DNA of 55,598 bases from Alphaproteobacteria bacterium (GTDB lineage: Bacteria; Pseudomonadota; Alphaproteobacteria; Rs-D84; CACZYB01). The stretch covers positions 1 to 55,598 of the forward strand of contig WQWV01000003.1 of the NCBI GenBank assembly GCA_009785175.1, read 5' to 3'. This document shows, piece by piece, positions 1 to 10,411 of the stretch. Within the stretch, counting starts at the first letter, position 1. Each line of letters opens with the position of its first letter. The translations under genes were made by a program, and so were the position numbers. The notes under the pieces are model-generated. The model had not been told where the DNA came from and searched no databases. It saw nothing but the letters and a program-made list of their open reading frames with translations.

Positions 1-246
<246 letters not shown>

Positions 247-256
247 GGAGCTTATC

Positions 257-3200
257 ATGTTGAATGAAATTATGAATGCTTTCAAAACCCCGGCGCCCGA
301 AGACATCTTCTCGAAGCTGAAAATATCAATCGCGTCCAAAGAGCAGATGTTGCAGTGGTCGAACGGCGAGGTCAAGAAGACCGAAACCATAAACTACCGC
401 ACCTTTAAGCCCGAGAAGGAAGGCCTTTTTTGCGCCAAAATCTTCGGCCCCGTGAAGGACTATGAATGCTTGTGCGGAAAATACAAGCGAATCAAATACC
501 GCGGTGTCGTGTGCGAAAAGTGCGGCGTCGAGGTCACCCTTCAAAAGGTTCGCCGCGAGCGCATGGGGCACATCGAGCTTGCGTCGCCTGTTGCTCACAT
601 CTGGTTTTTGAAATCGTTGCCCTCCAAAATCGGCGCGCTTCTTGATATTCCCTTGAAGCAAGTCGAGAAGGTGTTGTATTTCGACAACTATATCGTTATC
701 GAGCCTGGATTGACCCCTTTGAAACTGCATGAATTGTTGTCGGAAGACCAATATCAGCAGTGCCTTGAGGAATACGGAGCGGATTCGTTCCGTGCCGGAA
801 TCGGTGCCGAAGCGCTAAAGGAAATGCTTGCCGGAATCGATTTGGCCGAGTCCGCCGCCGCGCTTCGCGTCCAGCTTGCCGACCTTAAATTCTCGATGGC
901 GCGCAAGAAAATAATCCAGCGTTTGAAGATTATCGAGGCGTTCCTTAATTCGAAATCCAAGCCCGAGTGGATGATTATGGACGTCATACCGGTAATCCCG
1001 CCGGAACTGCGCCCACTTGTCCCCTTGGACGGCGGACGTTTCGCGACCGCGGATTTGAACGACCTTTACCGTCGCGTCATCAACCGCAACAACCGCCTGA
1101 AGCGCCTTATGGAACTTAAAGCGCCCGAGATCATCGTTCGCAATGAAAAGCGTATGTTGCAGGAGGCCGTGGATTCGTTGATGGACAATTCGCGCCGTCC
1201 GCGCCCCGTGCTTGCCAACAACCGCCGCATGCTCAAATCTTTGTCCGACATGCTAAAGGGTAAGGCCGGACGTTTCCGTCAGAACTTGCTTGGTAAGCGC
1301 GTCGACTATTCCGGTCGTTCGGTTATCGTATCGGGTCCGAACCTGAAGCTTCACCAGTGCGGATTGCCCAAGCGTATGGCGCTCGAGCTGTTCAAACCTT
1401 TCATCTATTCCAAGCTCGAGGCGTATGGCTATGCCAACACCATCAAGTCTGCGAAGAAGATGGTGGACAAGGAGCTCCCGATGGTTTGGGACATCCTTGA
1501 GGAAGTTATACGCGAGCACCCGGTCCTTTTGAACCGCGCGCCGTCGCTTCACCGCCTTTCGATACAAGCGTTTGAGCCCGTGCTTATCGAGGGCAAGGCG
1601 ATCCGCCTTCACCCGCTTGTGTGCACTGCGTTCAACGCCGACTTCGACGGAGACCAGATGGCGGTTCACGTGCCGCTTTCGCTTGAGGCCCAGCTTGAAG
1701 CACGCGTGCTTATGATGTCCACGAACAACATATTGCACCCCGCGAGCGGCAAGCCCATCATCACGCCCACACAGGACATCGTGCTTGGCATATACTATAT
1801 GACATTCGGCATCGAAAAGGCCAAGGGCGAAGGAATGGCTTTCGCATCGATGGACGAGCTTAAACTCGCGCTTGCCGACAAAAAAGTCGACATGCACGCC
1901 AAGATCAAAGTCCGCATCGACTATTCCGAGGGCGGACAGATCAAAAACGGCGTCATAGAAACGACCGCAGGCCGCGCGCTTGTATACGAAGTCGTTCCGG
2001 TAAACGCCGGCGTGCCCTATAGCCTTGTCAACCAGCCGATGACGAAAAAGAAAATCGGCGAGCTCCTTTCCATGGTTTATAAAAACTGCGGGCAGAAGGA
2101 AACCGTCCTGTTCTCGGACAAGATCATGCGCCTTGGATTCAAGAACGCGATGCTTGCCGGAATTTCGTTCGGCAAGGACGACATCGTAGTCCCGGAAATC
2201 AAGGGCGACCTTATCGCTAAAACCGAGAAGCAGGTCGTCGAGTTCGAAAAGCAATACCAAGACGGACTTATCACCAGCCGCGAGAAGTATAACAAGGTCG
2301 TCGACGCGTGGGCACATTGTTCCGACGTGTTGGCCGACAAGATGATGGAAGGATTCGCGAAGCAGGAAGTCGGAAAGGCTCAGAACCCGCTTTACATGAT
2401 GGCCAACTCGGGCGCCCGCGGATCGAAGGCTCAGGTGAAACAGCTTGCCGCAATGCGAGGCCTTATGGCCAAACCTTCGGGCGAGATTATCGAAACGCCG
2501 ATCATCTCGAACTTTAAGGAAGGCTTGACCGTGGCCGAATACTTCAACTCGACTCACGGCGCCCGAAAGGGTATGTCCGACACCGCGCTTAAGACCGCGA
2601 ACGCCGGATACCTTACCCGCCGCCTTGTCGACGTTTCCCAAGACGCTATCATCACCGAAGCAGATTGCGAAACCACGCGCTTCATCACCGTTTCCGCGGT
2701 GGTCGACGGAGGTTCCGTCATCGAAACGTTGCCTGAGCGCATACTCGGCCGTATCGCTGCTGAAGATATCAAGGGCGCGGACGGTGCGGTAATCGTTGCG
2801 ACCGGCAATCAAATCGTCGAAGAGGACATCTCGAAAATCGAGAAAGCCGGAATCCAGGCGGTAAACATACGCTCGGTTCTTACCTGCGAAGCAAAAGACG
2901 GCATCTGCACCAAGTGCTATGGCCGCGACCTTGCCCGCGGAACGATGGTCAACATCGGCGAAGCCGTCGGTATCATCGCCGCGCAGTCGATCGGAGAGCC
3001 CGGAACCCAGCTTACCATGAGAACCTTCCAAATCGGAGGAGTCGCGTCGAAGACGGCCGAAAAGTCGTCCATCGAATCGCCATACGAAGCGAAAATCAAG
3101 CTTTACGGCGTATACACGACCACCAACTCGGTCGGCGAGTCCATAGTCATGGGCAAAGAAGCCTCGCTTGCCTTCGTCGACGGTGCCGGCAAGGAAATCA

Positions 3201-4399
3201 ACCGCCAGAAGATCCCTTACGGCGCAAAGATGTATGTCGCCGACGGCGCGTCCGTTTCCAAGATGCAGAAGATCGTCGAGTGGAACCCCTATATCCGTCC
3301 CATCATCGCGAACGCTTCGGGCAAGCTTAACTTCGTCGATTTGATCGACGGTGTTTCCGTTGCCGAATCCAAGGACGAGGCGACCGGAGTATCCTCGAAG
3401 GTGGTCGTAGACTGGAAGACCTCTTTGAAGAAGAAAGACCTCAACCCCTCGATCTATATCGTAGATGCGAAGGGCGAGGCGGTCAAACTTTCCAACGGAA
3501 ACCAAGCGAAGTTCATTATCTCGACCGGCACAATCCTTAGCGCCTCCAACGGCGACGAGGTCAAGGCCGGCGACGTCATCGCCTTTATCCCGCGCGAAGA
3601 TTCCAAGTCCCGCGACATTACCGGAGGTTTGCCGCGTGTGGCCGAACTTTTCGAAGCTCGTCGTCCCAAAGAAGCCGCCATCGTCGCCGAAAAGGACGGC
3701 GTGGTGCAATTCCGCGAGGACTTCAAATCGAAATACAAAATCGTCATCGTGCCCACCGACGAATCGGCCGAGGTCGAATACCTTATCCCCAAGACCGCCG
3801 CGATCAACGTCCAGGACGGATACATCGTCAAGAAGGGCGACAAGATCACCGACGGCAAGGTCGCGCCGCACGATATCTTGCGCATCTTCGGCGTCGAAGA
3901 GTTGGCGAAATACCTTGTCGGCGAGATCCAATCGGTCTATCGCATTCAGGGTGTTGAAATCAATGACAAGCACATCGAAGTCGTCGTCAAGCAAATGCTA
4001 CGCAAAAAAGAAATCGTCGATGCCGGAGCCACCACCTTCGTCGTCGGCGAACACGTGGACGAAGAAGACCTTGTCGAAGAAAATACCCGCGCAATCAACG
4101 CCGGCGGAAAGCCTGCGGTTTCCCGCCCGTATTTGCTTGGTATAACCAAAGCGTCGCTTCAGACCCGCTCGTTCATTTCGGCCGCGGCGTTCCAAGAGAC
4201 GACCAAGATCCTTATCGAGTCGGCCATTGCCGGCAAGGAAGATCCGCTTATCGGCCTTAAAGAAAACATCATAGTCGGACGCCTTATACCCGCCGGAACC
4301 GGTGCGTATATCGACCGCCTAAAGGCAATCGCGAAAGCCCAGGACATCGAGCTTGGCGCGGCGGCTGCGACTACCCCTGCTTTGCCTGCGGCAGAATAG
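257..4399 (+). CDS. rpoC: RNA polymerase beta' subunit
   Basis: 1380 aa; [12 protein letters not shown] catalytic motif, N-terminal zinc finger [26 protein letters not shown]; SD AAGGAG upstream. Confidence 0.99.
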   Translation: MLNEIMNAFKTPAPEDIFSKLKISIASKEQMLQWSNGEVKKTETINYRTFKPEKEGLFCAKIFGPVKDYECLCGKYKRIKYRGVVCEKCGVEVTLQKVRRERMGHIELASPVAHIWFLKSLPSKIGALLDIPLKQVEKVLYFDNYIVIEPGLTPLKLHELLSEDQYQQCLEEYGADSFRAGIGAEALKEMLAGIDLAESAAALRVQLADLKFSMARKKIIQRLKIIEAFLNSKSKPEWMIMDVIPVIPPELRPLVPLDGGRFATADLNDLYRRVINRNNRLKRLMELKAPEIIVRNEKRMLQEAVDSLMDNSRRPRPVLANNRRMLKSLSDMLKGKAGRFRQNLLGKRVDYSGRSVIVSGPNLKLHQCGLPKRMALELFKPFIYSKLEAYGYANTIKSAKKMVDKELPMVWDILEEVIREHPVLLNRAPSLHRLSIQAFEPVLIEGKAIRLHPLVCTAFNADFDGDQMAVHVPLSLEAQLEARVLMMSTNNILHPASGKPIITPTQDIVLGIYYMTFGIEKAKGEGMAFASMDELKLALADKKVDMHAKIKVRIDYSEGGQIKNGVIETTAGRALVYEVVPVNAGVPYSLVNQPMTKKKIGELLSMVYKNCGQKETVLFSDKIMRLGFKNAMLAGISFGKDDIVVPEIKGDLIAKTEKQVVEFEKQYQDGLITSREKYNKVVDAWAHCSDVLADKMMEGFAKQEVGKAQNPLYMMANSGARGSKAQVKQLAAMRGLMAKPSGEIIETPIISNFKEGLTVAEYFNSTHGARKGMSDTALKTANAGYLTRRLVDVSQDAIITEADCETTRFITVSAVVDGGSVIETLPERILGRIAAEDIKGADGAVIVATGNQIVEEDISKIEKAGIQAVNIRSVLTCEAKDGICTKCYGRDLARGTMVNIGEAVGIIAAQSIGEPGTQLTMRTFQIGGVASKTAEKSSIESPYEAKIKLYGVYTTTNSVGESIVMGKEASLAFVDGAGKEINRQKIPYGAKMYVADGASVSKMQKIVEWNPYIRPIIANASGKLNFVDLIDGVSVAESKDEATGVSSKVVVDWKTSLKKKDLNPSIYIVDAKGEAVKLSNGNQAKFIISTGTILSASNGDEVKAGDVIAFIPREDSKSRDITGGLPRVAELFEARRPKEAAIVAEKDGVVQFREDFKSKYKIVIVPTDESAEVEYLIPKTAAINVQDGYIVKKGDKITDGKVAPHDILRIFGVEELAKYLVGEIQSVYRIQGVEINDKHIEVVVKQMLRKKEIVDAGATTFVVGEHVDEEDLVEENTRAINAGGKPAVSRPYLLGITKASLQTRSFISAAAFQETTKILIESAIAGKEDPLIGLKENIIVGRLIPAGTGAYIDRLKAIAKAQDIELGAAAATTPALPAAE

Positions 4400-4420
4400 G
4401 GAGAGGGATTACATCGACGG

Positions 4421-4456
4421 AGGGGGGCTTGCATGGCAAATGCGGGTCCCCCTTTG
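4421..4456 (+). terminator. Probable intrinsic terminator/hairpin after rpoC
   Basis: AGGGGGGCTTGCAT...ATGCGGGTCCCCCT inverted repeat followed by TTGT; U-tract is short. Confidence 0.55.
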
Positions 4457-4478
4457 TATAAAACGAAAGGAAACGAAA

Positions 4479-4652
4479 ATGGTAAGAATCGATGTTAAAA
4501 TAGGTGCCATACACGGCGCCAACGCCTGCATGAGATCGGGACAGGGAGGCTGGGTCGCGCGCGACAATAAGAAGTCCGAAGAAGCCCTTGTCCGAAAGGG
4601 ATTCAGGAACAAAACCGCACAAAAACTGAAACAAAATAGCAAAGGAAAATAA
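4479..4652 (+). CDS. Small hypothetical protein (57 aa)
   Basis: GAAAGGAA SD before ATG 4479; ends NSKGK*, as does the next ORF. Confidence 0.45.
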   Translation: MVRIDVKIGAIHGANACMRSGQGGWVARDNKKSEEALVRKGFRNKTAQKLKQNSKGK

Positions 4653-4653
4653 G

Positions 4654-5106
4654 ATGAAAGTAAGCAAAAAAACCCAGGCCCAGGCCTATGCCCAAAGGAA
4701 ACTTGAAGAACAATTCGTGGAAAAATTCCGCGATGTCCTTATCTTTGCAGGGCACAAAGGAAACATAGCCGAAACAGTCGCGATTCCCAATGTCAGATAC
4801 GAATACCTTATCAGGGAAGCGCTTGGCGATTATGCCAAGGGCGAATTGTTCAGGGACCAGGACGAGAAGAGCCTTGTCGTATCGATATCGCATAATGACA
4901 GCTTCGTCAGGGCCGCAGGAGTCGAGATTGAACTTGGTCAAGATACCATCAACACGATGGTTTTCGACATTCGGGCCAAGCTCCCGGAAAAGAATTATGG
5001 AAGTAAAAAGAGAATAGCAACAGAGTTCGAAAAGTGGGCGGCCGGAAATTTCAAGGCGGTATGCGACAAGCTGGCCGTTGCCGAAAAAAATAGCAAAGGA
5101 AAATAA
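4654..5106 (+). CDS. Hypothetical protein, tandem paralog family A copy 1
   Basis: 150 aa, SD AAAGGA; N- and C-terminal blocks near-identical to 5108..5566. Confidence 0.8.
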   Translation: MKVSKKTQAQAYAQRKLEEQFVEKFRDVLIFAGHKGNIAETVAIPNVRYEYLIREALGDYAKGELFRDQDEKSLVVSISHNDSFVRAAGVEIELGQDTINTMVFDIRAKLPEKNYGSKKRIATEFEKWAAGNFKAVCDKLAVAEKNSKGK

Positions 5107-5107
5107 G

Positions 5108-5566
5108 ATGAAAAAAGTAAGCAAAAAAACCCAGGCCCAGGCCTATGCCAAGGAGCAAGCCCAAAAGAAACTTGAAGGACAATTAGTGGAAAAATTCCGC
5201 GAGATGCTTCCTTTCGCCGAGCGCAAGGGAAATATAACCTATGTGATCATCAATCCCAACAGACTCGCATACAAATATGTTATCAAGGAAGCGCTTGGCT
5301 ATTATACCAAGGGCGAATCGGACAAGGAAAAGGCCGCGAAAGACCTTGTGATATCAAGCGAAATGTATAACAATATGATTAGCACGGGCGCAGGAAACCT
5401 TATAATATTGAGCAGCTCAACCATTAGCTCGATGCAAATCGACGCACTGCTTATACACAACGAACGGAGCCGCGCCAAGAAAGTGCTCATGACAACATCG
5501 ACTGAAAAGTGGGCGGTCGGAAACTTCCGCAAGGCATACGAACAACTGGCCGTTGCCGAAAAATAA
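5108..5566 (+). CDS. Hypothetical protein, family A copy 2
   Basis: Start MKKVSKKTQAQAYA after a duplicated RBS; shares VEKFR, IxEALGxYxKGE and EKWAxGNF...LAVAEK with copy 1. Confidence 0.8.
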   Translation: MKKVSKKTQAQAYAKEQAQKKLEGQLVEKFREMLPFAERKGNITYVIINPNRLAYKYVIKEALGYYTKGESDKEKAAKDLVISSEMYNNMISTGAGNLIILSSSTISSMQIDALLIHNERSRAKKVLMTTSTEKWAVGNFRKAYEQLAVAEK

Positions 5567-5585
5567 TCGCGAAAAGGAGCTTGAA

Positions 5586-5999
5586 ATGACAGTGATGGAA
5601 CAAGAAGCAATAGAACTTTTCGACGATGTCCTTAGATACGCGTCGTGGGAAAAGAGGATTTCCCTTCCGCATCGCGACGACAAGAACCTACTATACCGAC
5701 TCTTTATCGCCGACGCTTTGGGAAAAAGCAAGCCGCATGCGCCGAGAGCATTAAGGGCCGAGTATGACCTTGTTATAATGCGGAGCGGCGCAATCTATCG
5801 CGTCGCCACACCGTTGCATACGCTTGAGGCCAGCCCCGAGCTTAGCGAAGCGATGTATGACAAGACCTTGGCCATATTCAGTCATGGCGCGAAGGGCAAG
5901 ACTCTTTACGGTGATAAAGCAAAAATCGAAGAGGAATGGAAAACTAACACAATGGCTTTTGCGGAAAAATACAAAGCAGTTGCGGTTAAAAACTATTAA
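5586..5999 (+). CDS. Hypothetical protein, family A copy 3
   Basis: SD AAGGAG; motif ELFDDVLRYA...KRI and C-terminal FAEKYKAVA. Confidence 0.75.
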   Translation: MTVMEQEAIELFDDVLRYASWEKRISLPHRDDKNLLYRLFIADALGKSKPHAPRALRAEYDLVIMRSGAIYRVATPLHTLEASPELSEAMYDKTLAIFSHGAKGKTLYGDKAKIEEEWKTNTMAFAEKYKAVAVKNY

Positions 6000-6014
6000 A
6001 GAAAGGGAACCGAT

Positions 6015-6494
6015 ATGATAATGGGCGACAATATCAGAAACGGCGATAAAAGCGAATACAGGGCGACGAAAGAAGCCGCGGTCAAGGATAAAAAATCCAA
6101 GAACGGCAAGGATAAGGAAGCGCAGGCCTTAGATGCCTCGGTGCTTGTCCTTTTTGCGCAGCTGCTCGAGCTTGCCGAACAAAAAGATAAAATAACCGTG
6201 CCGTGGCAATACGGAAAAACCGTAGCCTACGACGTTTCCGACATAATTCAGATCCACAACAACCGTCTCGGCGGCGGATGCTATTCCGAACTGTTCGGAG
6301 GCAAGGCCGTGTCAAGCAGGTCGATGGCCGAAAAAATGTTCCCTATGGTTGCGGTGGCGCGCAAAAGGCAGGTTGAGAAGAAGATCGATTACATAGATGA
6401 CGAAGATGCGGAAATGGCATGGCTTAATTCCTGGATCGAAACGAAGAAAAAATTCTTGGCAAAATACAAAGAAGCCGCCGCGAACAAAAAATAA
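6015..6494 (+). CDS. Hypothetical protein, family A copy 4
   Basis: SD GAAAGGGA; motifs VLFAQLLELAEQKDKI, MAEKMF, FLAKYKEAA. Confidence 0.75.
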   Translation: MIMGDNIRNGDKSEYRATKEAAVKDKKSKNGKDKEAQALDASVLVLFAQLLELAEQKDKITVPWQYGKTVAYDVSDIIQIHNNRLGGGCYSELFGGKAVSSRSMAEKMFPMVAVARKRQVEKKIDYIDDEDAEMAWLNSWIETKKKFLAKYKEAAANKK

Positions 6495-6512
6495 TTTTCG
6501 AAAGGAACCCGA

Positions 6513-6962
6513 ATGTTAAGAAAAGACAAACCCGTCGCAAAAGCAAACGAACTTGCCCGGCTGTTCGACGAGATAATAGCGTTCGCAGCCGAATACGGAC
6601 TGATCAAAGTAATGAGAATGGGCAAGACCGGACGGGTCGCCAAATTCCGAATCGCCGGAAGGTGGACGACCGAGCGCTCGGGTCCATATCGCAAAGACTA
6701 TAGCGCAGATATGTGGAACGTCAAACGCCCGCTTCCGAAAGCTATGGCCGAAATGATATTCGAGCGGGTCGAGGCCGCCTATCTTGCGTGGTATAAGAAA
6801 AATAGGGTGGCGATGCTTCTTGCAGAGCCCGTTTGCGACGACCTTGTCCCAGAATCTTATGAAGATCAAAAATTGAAAGACCAGCTTAACAAACGCATGG
6901 CAAAGCAGATAACCGATTTCGCGCAGAGATACAGGCAGCTTGCCTATGGCGCGAGAAGCTAG
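6513..6962 (+). CDS. Hypothetical protein, family A copy 5
   Basis: SD GAAAGGA; motifs RLFDEIIAFAAEYGLI, MAEMIF, FAQRYRQLA. Confidence 0.75.
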   Translation: MLRKDKPVAKANELARLFDEIIAFAAEYGLIKVMRMGKTGRVAKFRIAGRWTTERSGPYRKDYSADMWNVKRPLPKAMAEMIFERVEAAYLAWYKKNRVAMLLAEPVCDDLVPESYEDQKLKDQLNKRMAKQITDFAQRYRQLAYGARS

Positions 6963-6971
6963 GAGGCGACG

Positions 6972-7382
6972 ATGATGAAACCAGTAAGACCCAGCAAAAA
7001 GCAAAAGCGAAAAATGAACGAGGCCGCATTCATGGTGCTGTTCCACGACATACTTGCATACGCGGTGCGCGACAATGCCATAAAGCCGGTCCTATGCCCG
7101 GACGGAAATATTTGCGGATACGATATCGCAGGAGCGCTTGCCATCTGCAAAAAGGGCAGCGTCGGAACCGGATGTTGCGAAAGGGGCGACGAGAAGACAT
7201 CGCAAAAATTAAAAGGCAAGCCGCTTGCCGCAAAAATGTTCTTCCTTGCCAACGAAGCGTATTTCAGCGAGCGATATTCCAATGCGCCCGCAGAACCTTT
7301 GGCCGAAGAATCGATGTGGAGAAGGTTCGAGAAAACCAAGATCTTCAGGTTCGGAAGAATGTATAAAAACCTGATGAAATAG
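6972..7382 (+). CDS. Hypothetical protein, family A copy 6
   Basis: SD AGGAGG; motifs VLFHDILAYAVRDNAI, LAAKMF, FGRMYKNL. Confidence 0.75.
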   Translation: MMKPVRPSKKQKRKMNEAAFMVLFHDILAYAVRDNAIKPVLCPDGNICGYDIAGALAICKKGSVGTGCCERGDEKTSQKLKGKPLAAKMFFLANEAYFSERYSNAPAEPLAEESMWRRFEKTKIFRFGRMYKNLMK

Positions 7383-7391
7383 GAGGCGACG

Positions 7392-7709
7392 ATGAACAAG
7401 AGCTTTCCGGTTGCGATAAGAACGCCCAAGGGCGAAACGATCAGCGTCAGCACCACATTCGACAAGCTCACAGTTCTTGATAGGAAACTTGCCGGACTTA
7501 ACTTGGGCGGCGCGTTCGAAAAAATAGAGGTTTCGACCATAGTGTCAATAAAGGGCGGAAAGAAATGCGAAGTTTCGCGCGAATGGGGAAAGTGCGTGGC
7601 GTCCTGTATCTTTTGCCCGAGCGAACACGGGGAAAAAATCTTTGAGGAAATCCGAAAAACTTTCGACATACAACCACCGCAACAACTAAAACAAAGAGGT
7701 TCAACATGA
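7392..7709 (+). CDS. Small Cys-cluster hypothetical protein, family B copy 1
   Basis: Same TAGGAGGCGACGATGA junction as at 6960; contains IRTPKGETI and CEVSREWGKCVASCIFC. Confidence 0.7.
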   Translation: MNKSFPVAIRTPKGETISVSTTFDKLTVLDRKLAGLNLGGAFEKIEVSTIVSIKGGKKCEVSREWGKCVASCIFCPSEHGEKIFEEIRKTFDIQPPQQLKQRGST

Positions 7710-8032
7710 AGATAACCGTATCTACACCAAAGAAAGAAACTATCACCGGCAATACTACGTCCCAAAAGGTCGAGGCGCTTAAAGATTATATCAAGCGTTT
7801 AACCGTCAATAACATCTCGAACGAGCACAGCGAAAAGGTGGCGGATATAATCTTGATGGAATACGAAAACGGAGTAGGCTTAATAATCAAGGGCGGGTCG
7901 TGGTGCCTGGCTGCGCAAGATCGAGGAGATTGCGGTGCGCCGGGGGCAAGCTGCCTTAACTATTGCTCGTTCAGGTATATGCAGGAAAGCAGCGCCGAAA
8001 TCAAAAAAGCATTTGAGCTCCAGAGGAGCTGA
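7706..8032 (+). CDS. Small Cys-cluster hypothetical protein, family B copy 2
   Basis: ATGA overlap with the previous ORF; contains VSTPKKETI, CLAAQDRGDCGAPGASCLNYC and EIKKAFELQ. Confidence 0.7.
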   Translation: MKITVSTPKKETITGNTTSQKVEALKDYIKRLTVNNISNEHSEKVADIILMEYENGVGLIIKGGSWCLAAQDRGDCGAPGASCLNYCSFRYMQESSAEIKKAFELQRS

Positions 8033-8478
8033 TGTTCTCGTTTGGATACATAACGTTGAAGAAAATGGCGTGCTTCGTGCCGCTTGTTATCATGGCGCCG
8101 TGGTTCGCGCGCGATCCAAGCGAGGACAAGTTGGTGATCGCGGTCGTGCTTGCCGTTTACTGGGCCACGACGTTCCGCGCAACCGATTTGGTCGCAGTCT
8201 TCATCGAGAAGGGTTTCGGCATAAAGCTTAAATTCCCGCATGGATGGGGAACCAGCAAGCCGGCGCGAAAATCCTTTGGATTCGATATCGCGGATACGGA
8301 AATCCTCGGCTGGGTCGGATTCTTCTCTATGGTTGTATTTTCTGCGATATGCTTTTGGAGCCTGCCGCTTGAAAACGCGCTTGTCATGGGGCCGCTTGTA
8401 AGCTTGTTTTTCACAAGCGCGGTGATGATCGTCGCTACTGCTATTTTGTATCCTATCATGAAAGGTCGTTCGAAGTAG
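8032..8478 (+). CDS. Hypothetical membrane protein (about 4 TM segments)
   Basis: TGATG coupling, SD GAGGAG; four hydrophobic stretches. Confidence 0.7.
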   Translation: MFSFGYITLKKMACFVPLVIMAPWFARDPSEDKLVIAVVLAVYWATTFRATDLVAVFIEKGFGIKLKFPHGWGTSKPARKSFGFDIADTEILGWVGFFSMVVFSAICFWSLPLENALVMGPLVSLFFTSAVMIVATAILYPIMKGRSK

Positions 8479-8510
8479 GGTGCCTCGTCAATTTGAACGA
8501 ATAAGCTGAA

Positions 8511-9392
8511 ATGAAGTCTATTGAGCACTTTTTAGAGAAAGAGTTTTCGGGCAAAACCGTCTTGCCCCTGGCCGATGGTGTATATAGCCTTGCATATAAG
8601 GTTGGCGATGAAATAGTCCGTATCCCCAAAAACGGCTCTGTCGAGCTTTATGAATTCGATGCAAAAGTTTGTAATTTTGTCCGTCCATTTATGGCGCCAT
8701 TTCTTGTGCCAGATATAAAAATTATAACTTCAGAAATTCCATATTCCATACACAAGGAGATTTTCGGTCGCGCCGAGGATTTCAGTTTTATAAGCGAAAT
8801 CGATATGACTGCACAAGACCGAATATTCAAAGATTACGCCAAACTTTTAGCAGCGCTCCATAATATAAGTTTGGATACTGTTAAACAAGCAATCCCAGAA
8901 ATACGACTCAAAATCGCAAAACGCCTTCCGCCTGAAAAATGCGCCCGGGCGTTTCATGGATTTCTGAACCCTTCAGAAATAGACATCTTGATTTCAAAAT
9001 ATGCCAAACTTGAAGTAGACATGGCGGACATCGTATTCAGCCACAGGGATACTCATGGTAAAAATATGATTTATGATGATGACTTTCGCTTATCCGGTGT
9101 TATCGATTGGTGCAGTAGTGGCATGGGCCCGCCGGCTTGGGATTTTATAAGATTTTCAAACCCCGATGTGCCCGAAAGAGCGCTTGAAACAATAATACGA
9201 GAGTATTATGCAATAACGGGAAGAAGTGTTTCCATGAAAGCTGTGTATGAGGAAACCTTGGCGTTTATTGTTGGAAAGGGGTATAATTTGAATGAAATCG
9301 ATTTTATGCAGCCCCAACGCGAATCTGAAATGAACCGCTGGGTTATCAGTTATGCCCGCTGGATTACAAAACGGATGCGCGAGTATGAATAA
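8511..9392 (+). CDS. APH/choline-kinase family phosphotransferase
   Basis: Brenner-like HRDTHGKN, GVIDW and IVRIP motifs; visibly AT-richer than the flanking housekeeping genes. Confidence 0.8.
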   Translation: MKSIEHFLEKEFSGKTVLPLADGVYSLAYKVGDEIVRIPKNGSVELYEFDAKVCNFVRPFMAPFLVPDIKIITSEIPYSIHKEIFGRAEDFSFISEIDMTAQDRIFKDYAKLLAALHNISLDTVKQAIPEIRLKIAKRLPPEKCARAFHGFLNPSEIDILISKYAKLEVDMADIVFSHRDTHGKNMIYDDDFRLSGVIDWCSSGMGPPAWDFIRFSNPDVPERALETIIREYYAITGRSVSMKAVYEETLAFIVGKGYNLNEIDFMQPQRESEMNRWVISYARWITKRMREYE

Positions 9393-9473
9393 TTTATAAT
9401 TGAGGCGATTTAATTTTTTATGTGGAGCTTGTCGGCTATTGACTTTGCGCGCGCCGGTTCTATAATTCGCGGT

Positions 9474-10187
9474 ATGGAAAAAGCCCCTATCATCATCGGC
9501 GGGTTCGTGCCCTTCACCACCATCGACTATCCGGGTCAGGTCGCGGCGGTGGCTTTTTTACAAGGCTGTCCGTGGAGATGCGCTTATTGCTCGAACCCAC
9601 ACATGTTCGAACTTAGGAAGCAGACGGCCCAGGATACCGAAAATTATGCGGCGTTTTTGGATTTTTTGCGACGGCGAGCGCGCACGCTTGACGCCGTGGT
9701 ATTCTCGGGCGGAGAGGCGTTGATGCAGCCGGGGATAGTCGATGCGATCCGCGAGATCCGCGACATCGCTCAATTCAAAATCGGGCTTCACACGAACGGA
9801 TTTTATCCCGATATTTTGGAGCGCGTTTTGCCGACGGTCGACTGGGTCGGGCTTGACGCCAAGGCGCCCCTTCAAAAATACGACGAAATAACCGGTGTTA
9901 AAAATTCGGCCGCGCCGTTCGTGCGCTCGCTTGAAATCATGGCGGCATCGGGCAAACCTTTCGAGGTTCGCACTACCGCGTATCCGAAAACGCTTGGTAA
10001 AGAGGATATTCTCGAGCTGGCAGAATGGCTCTCGACGCGCGGAGTGAAAAATTACGCCGTGCAGTGCTGGCGTCCCGTCGGCATGAGCGAGGGCGAGGTC
10101 AATCCGCATTGCCAAATTTATTTTCAGGACAAGGAGTTCAAGGCGAAACTCGAATCGCTTTTTGAGAAAGTAATCTTTCGCACATAG
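9474..10187 (+). CDS. nrdG: Anaerobic ribonucleotide reductase activating radical SAM protein
   Basis: IGGFVPFTTIDYPG, QGCPWRCAYCSNP (CxxxCxxC), VVFSGGEA, LHTNG, FEVRTT. Confidence 0.88.
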   Translation: MEKAPIIIGGFVPFTTIDYPGQVAAVAFLQGCPWRCAYCSNPHMFELRKQTAQDTENYAAFLDFLRRRARTLDAVVFSGGEALMQPGIVDAIREIRDIAQFKIGLHTNGFYPDILERVLPTVDWVGLDAKAPLQKYDEITGVKNSAAPFVRSLEIMAASGKPFEVRTTAYPKTLGKEDILELAEWLSTRGVKNYAVQCWRPVGMSEGEVNPHCQIYFQDKEFKAKLESLFEKVIFRT

Positions 10188-10383
10188 ATTTCCGCGAGCG
10201 TGCACACACTCCCACCGCCCACATAAACGCCAACTGCTCTTGGCGTTTTGGGGCAAGATTCTTATATGTAGCTTTCCCCGCGCGCACCGAAGGTGCTTTA
10301 TAACATAAATCTTTAACAACAGAACCTTGCTCTCGTGGCCTCGAGCTCTCTGCTGGGGGGGGGATTTGGGTTGATGCTTGATT

Positions 10384-10411
10384 TGGATTCCGGCTCGGAG
10401 GCCGGAATGAC
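10384..10411. repeat. Palindromic REP-like repeat (solo unit, GTCAT family)
   Basis: TGGATTCCGGCTCGGAGGCCGGAATGAC; same consensus at 12984, 13556, 28422, 31826, 47061 and 55028. Confidence 0.85.

Noticed and set aside
1253-3994. 913-aa minus-strand ORF (also 9558..11180, 25532..26731, 47640..48782, 53366..54493)
   Set aside because: Antisense shadows of well-supported genes caused by codon bias; no motifs.
4479-8478. Integron cassette array or DGR targets
   Set aside because: Gaps of 0-19 bp leave no room for attC sites; no integrase or reverse transcriptase; differences between copies are not adenine-specific.
9474-10187. nrdG without adjacent nrdD as a novel radical SAM system
   Set aside because: Gene order is scrambled throughout this window; nrdD may lie elsewhere, so nothing here supports novelty.
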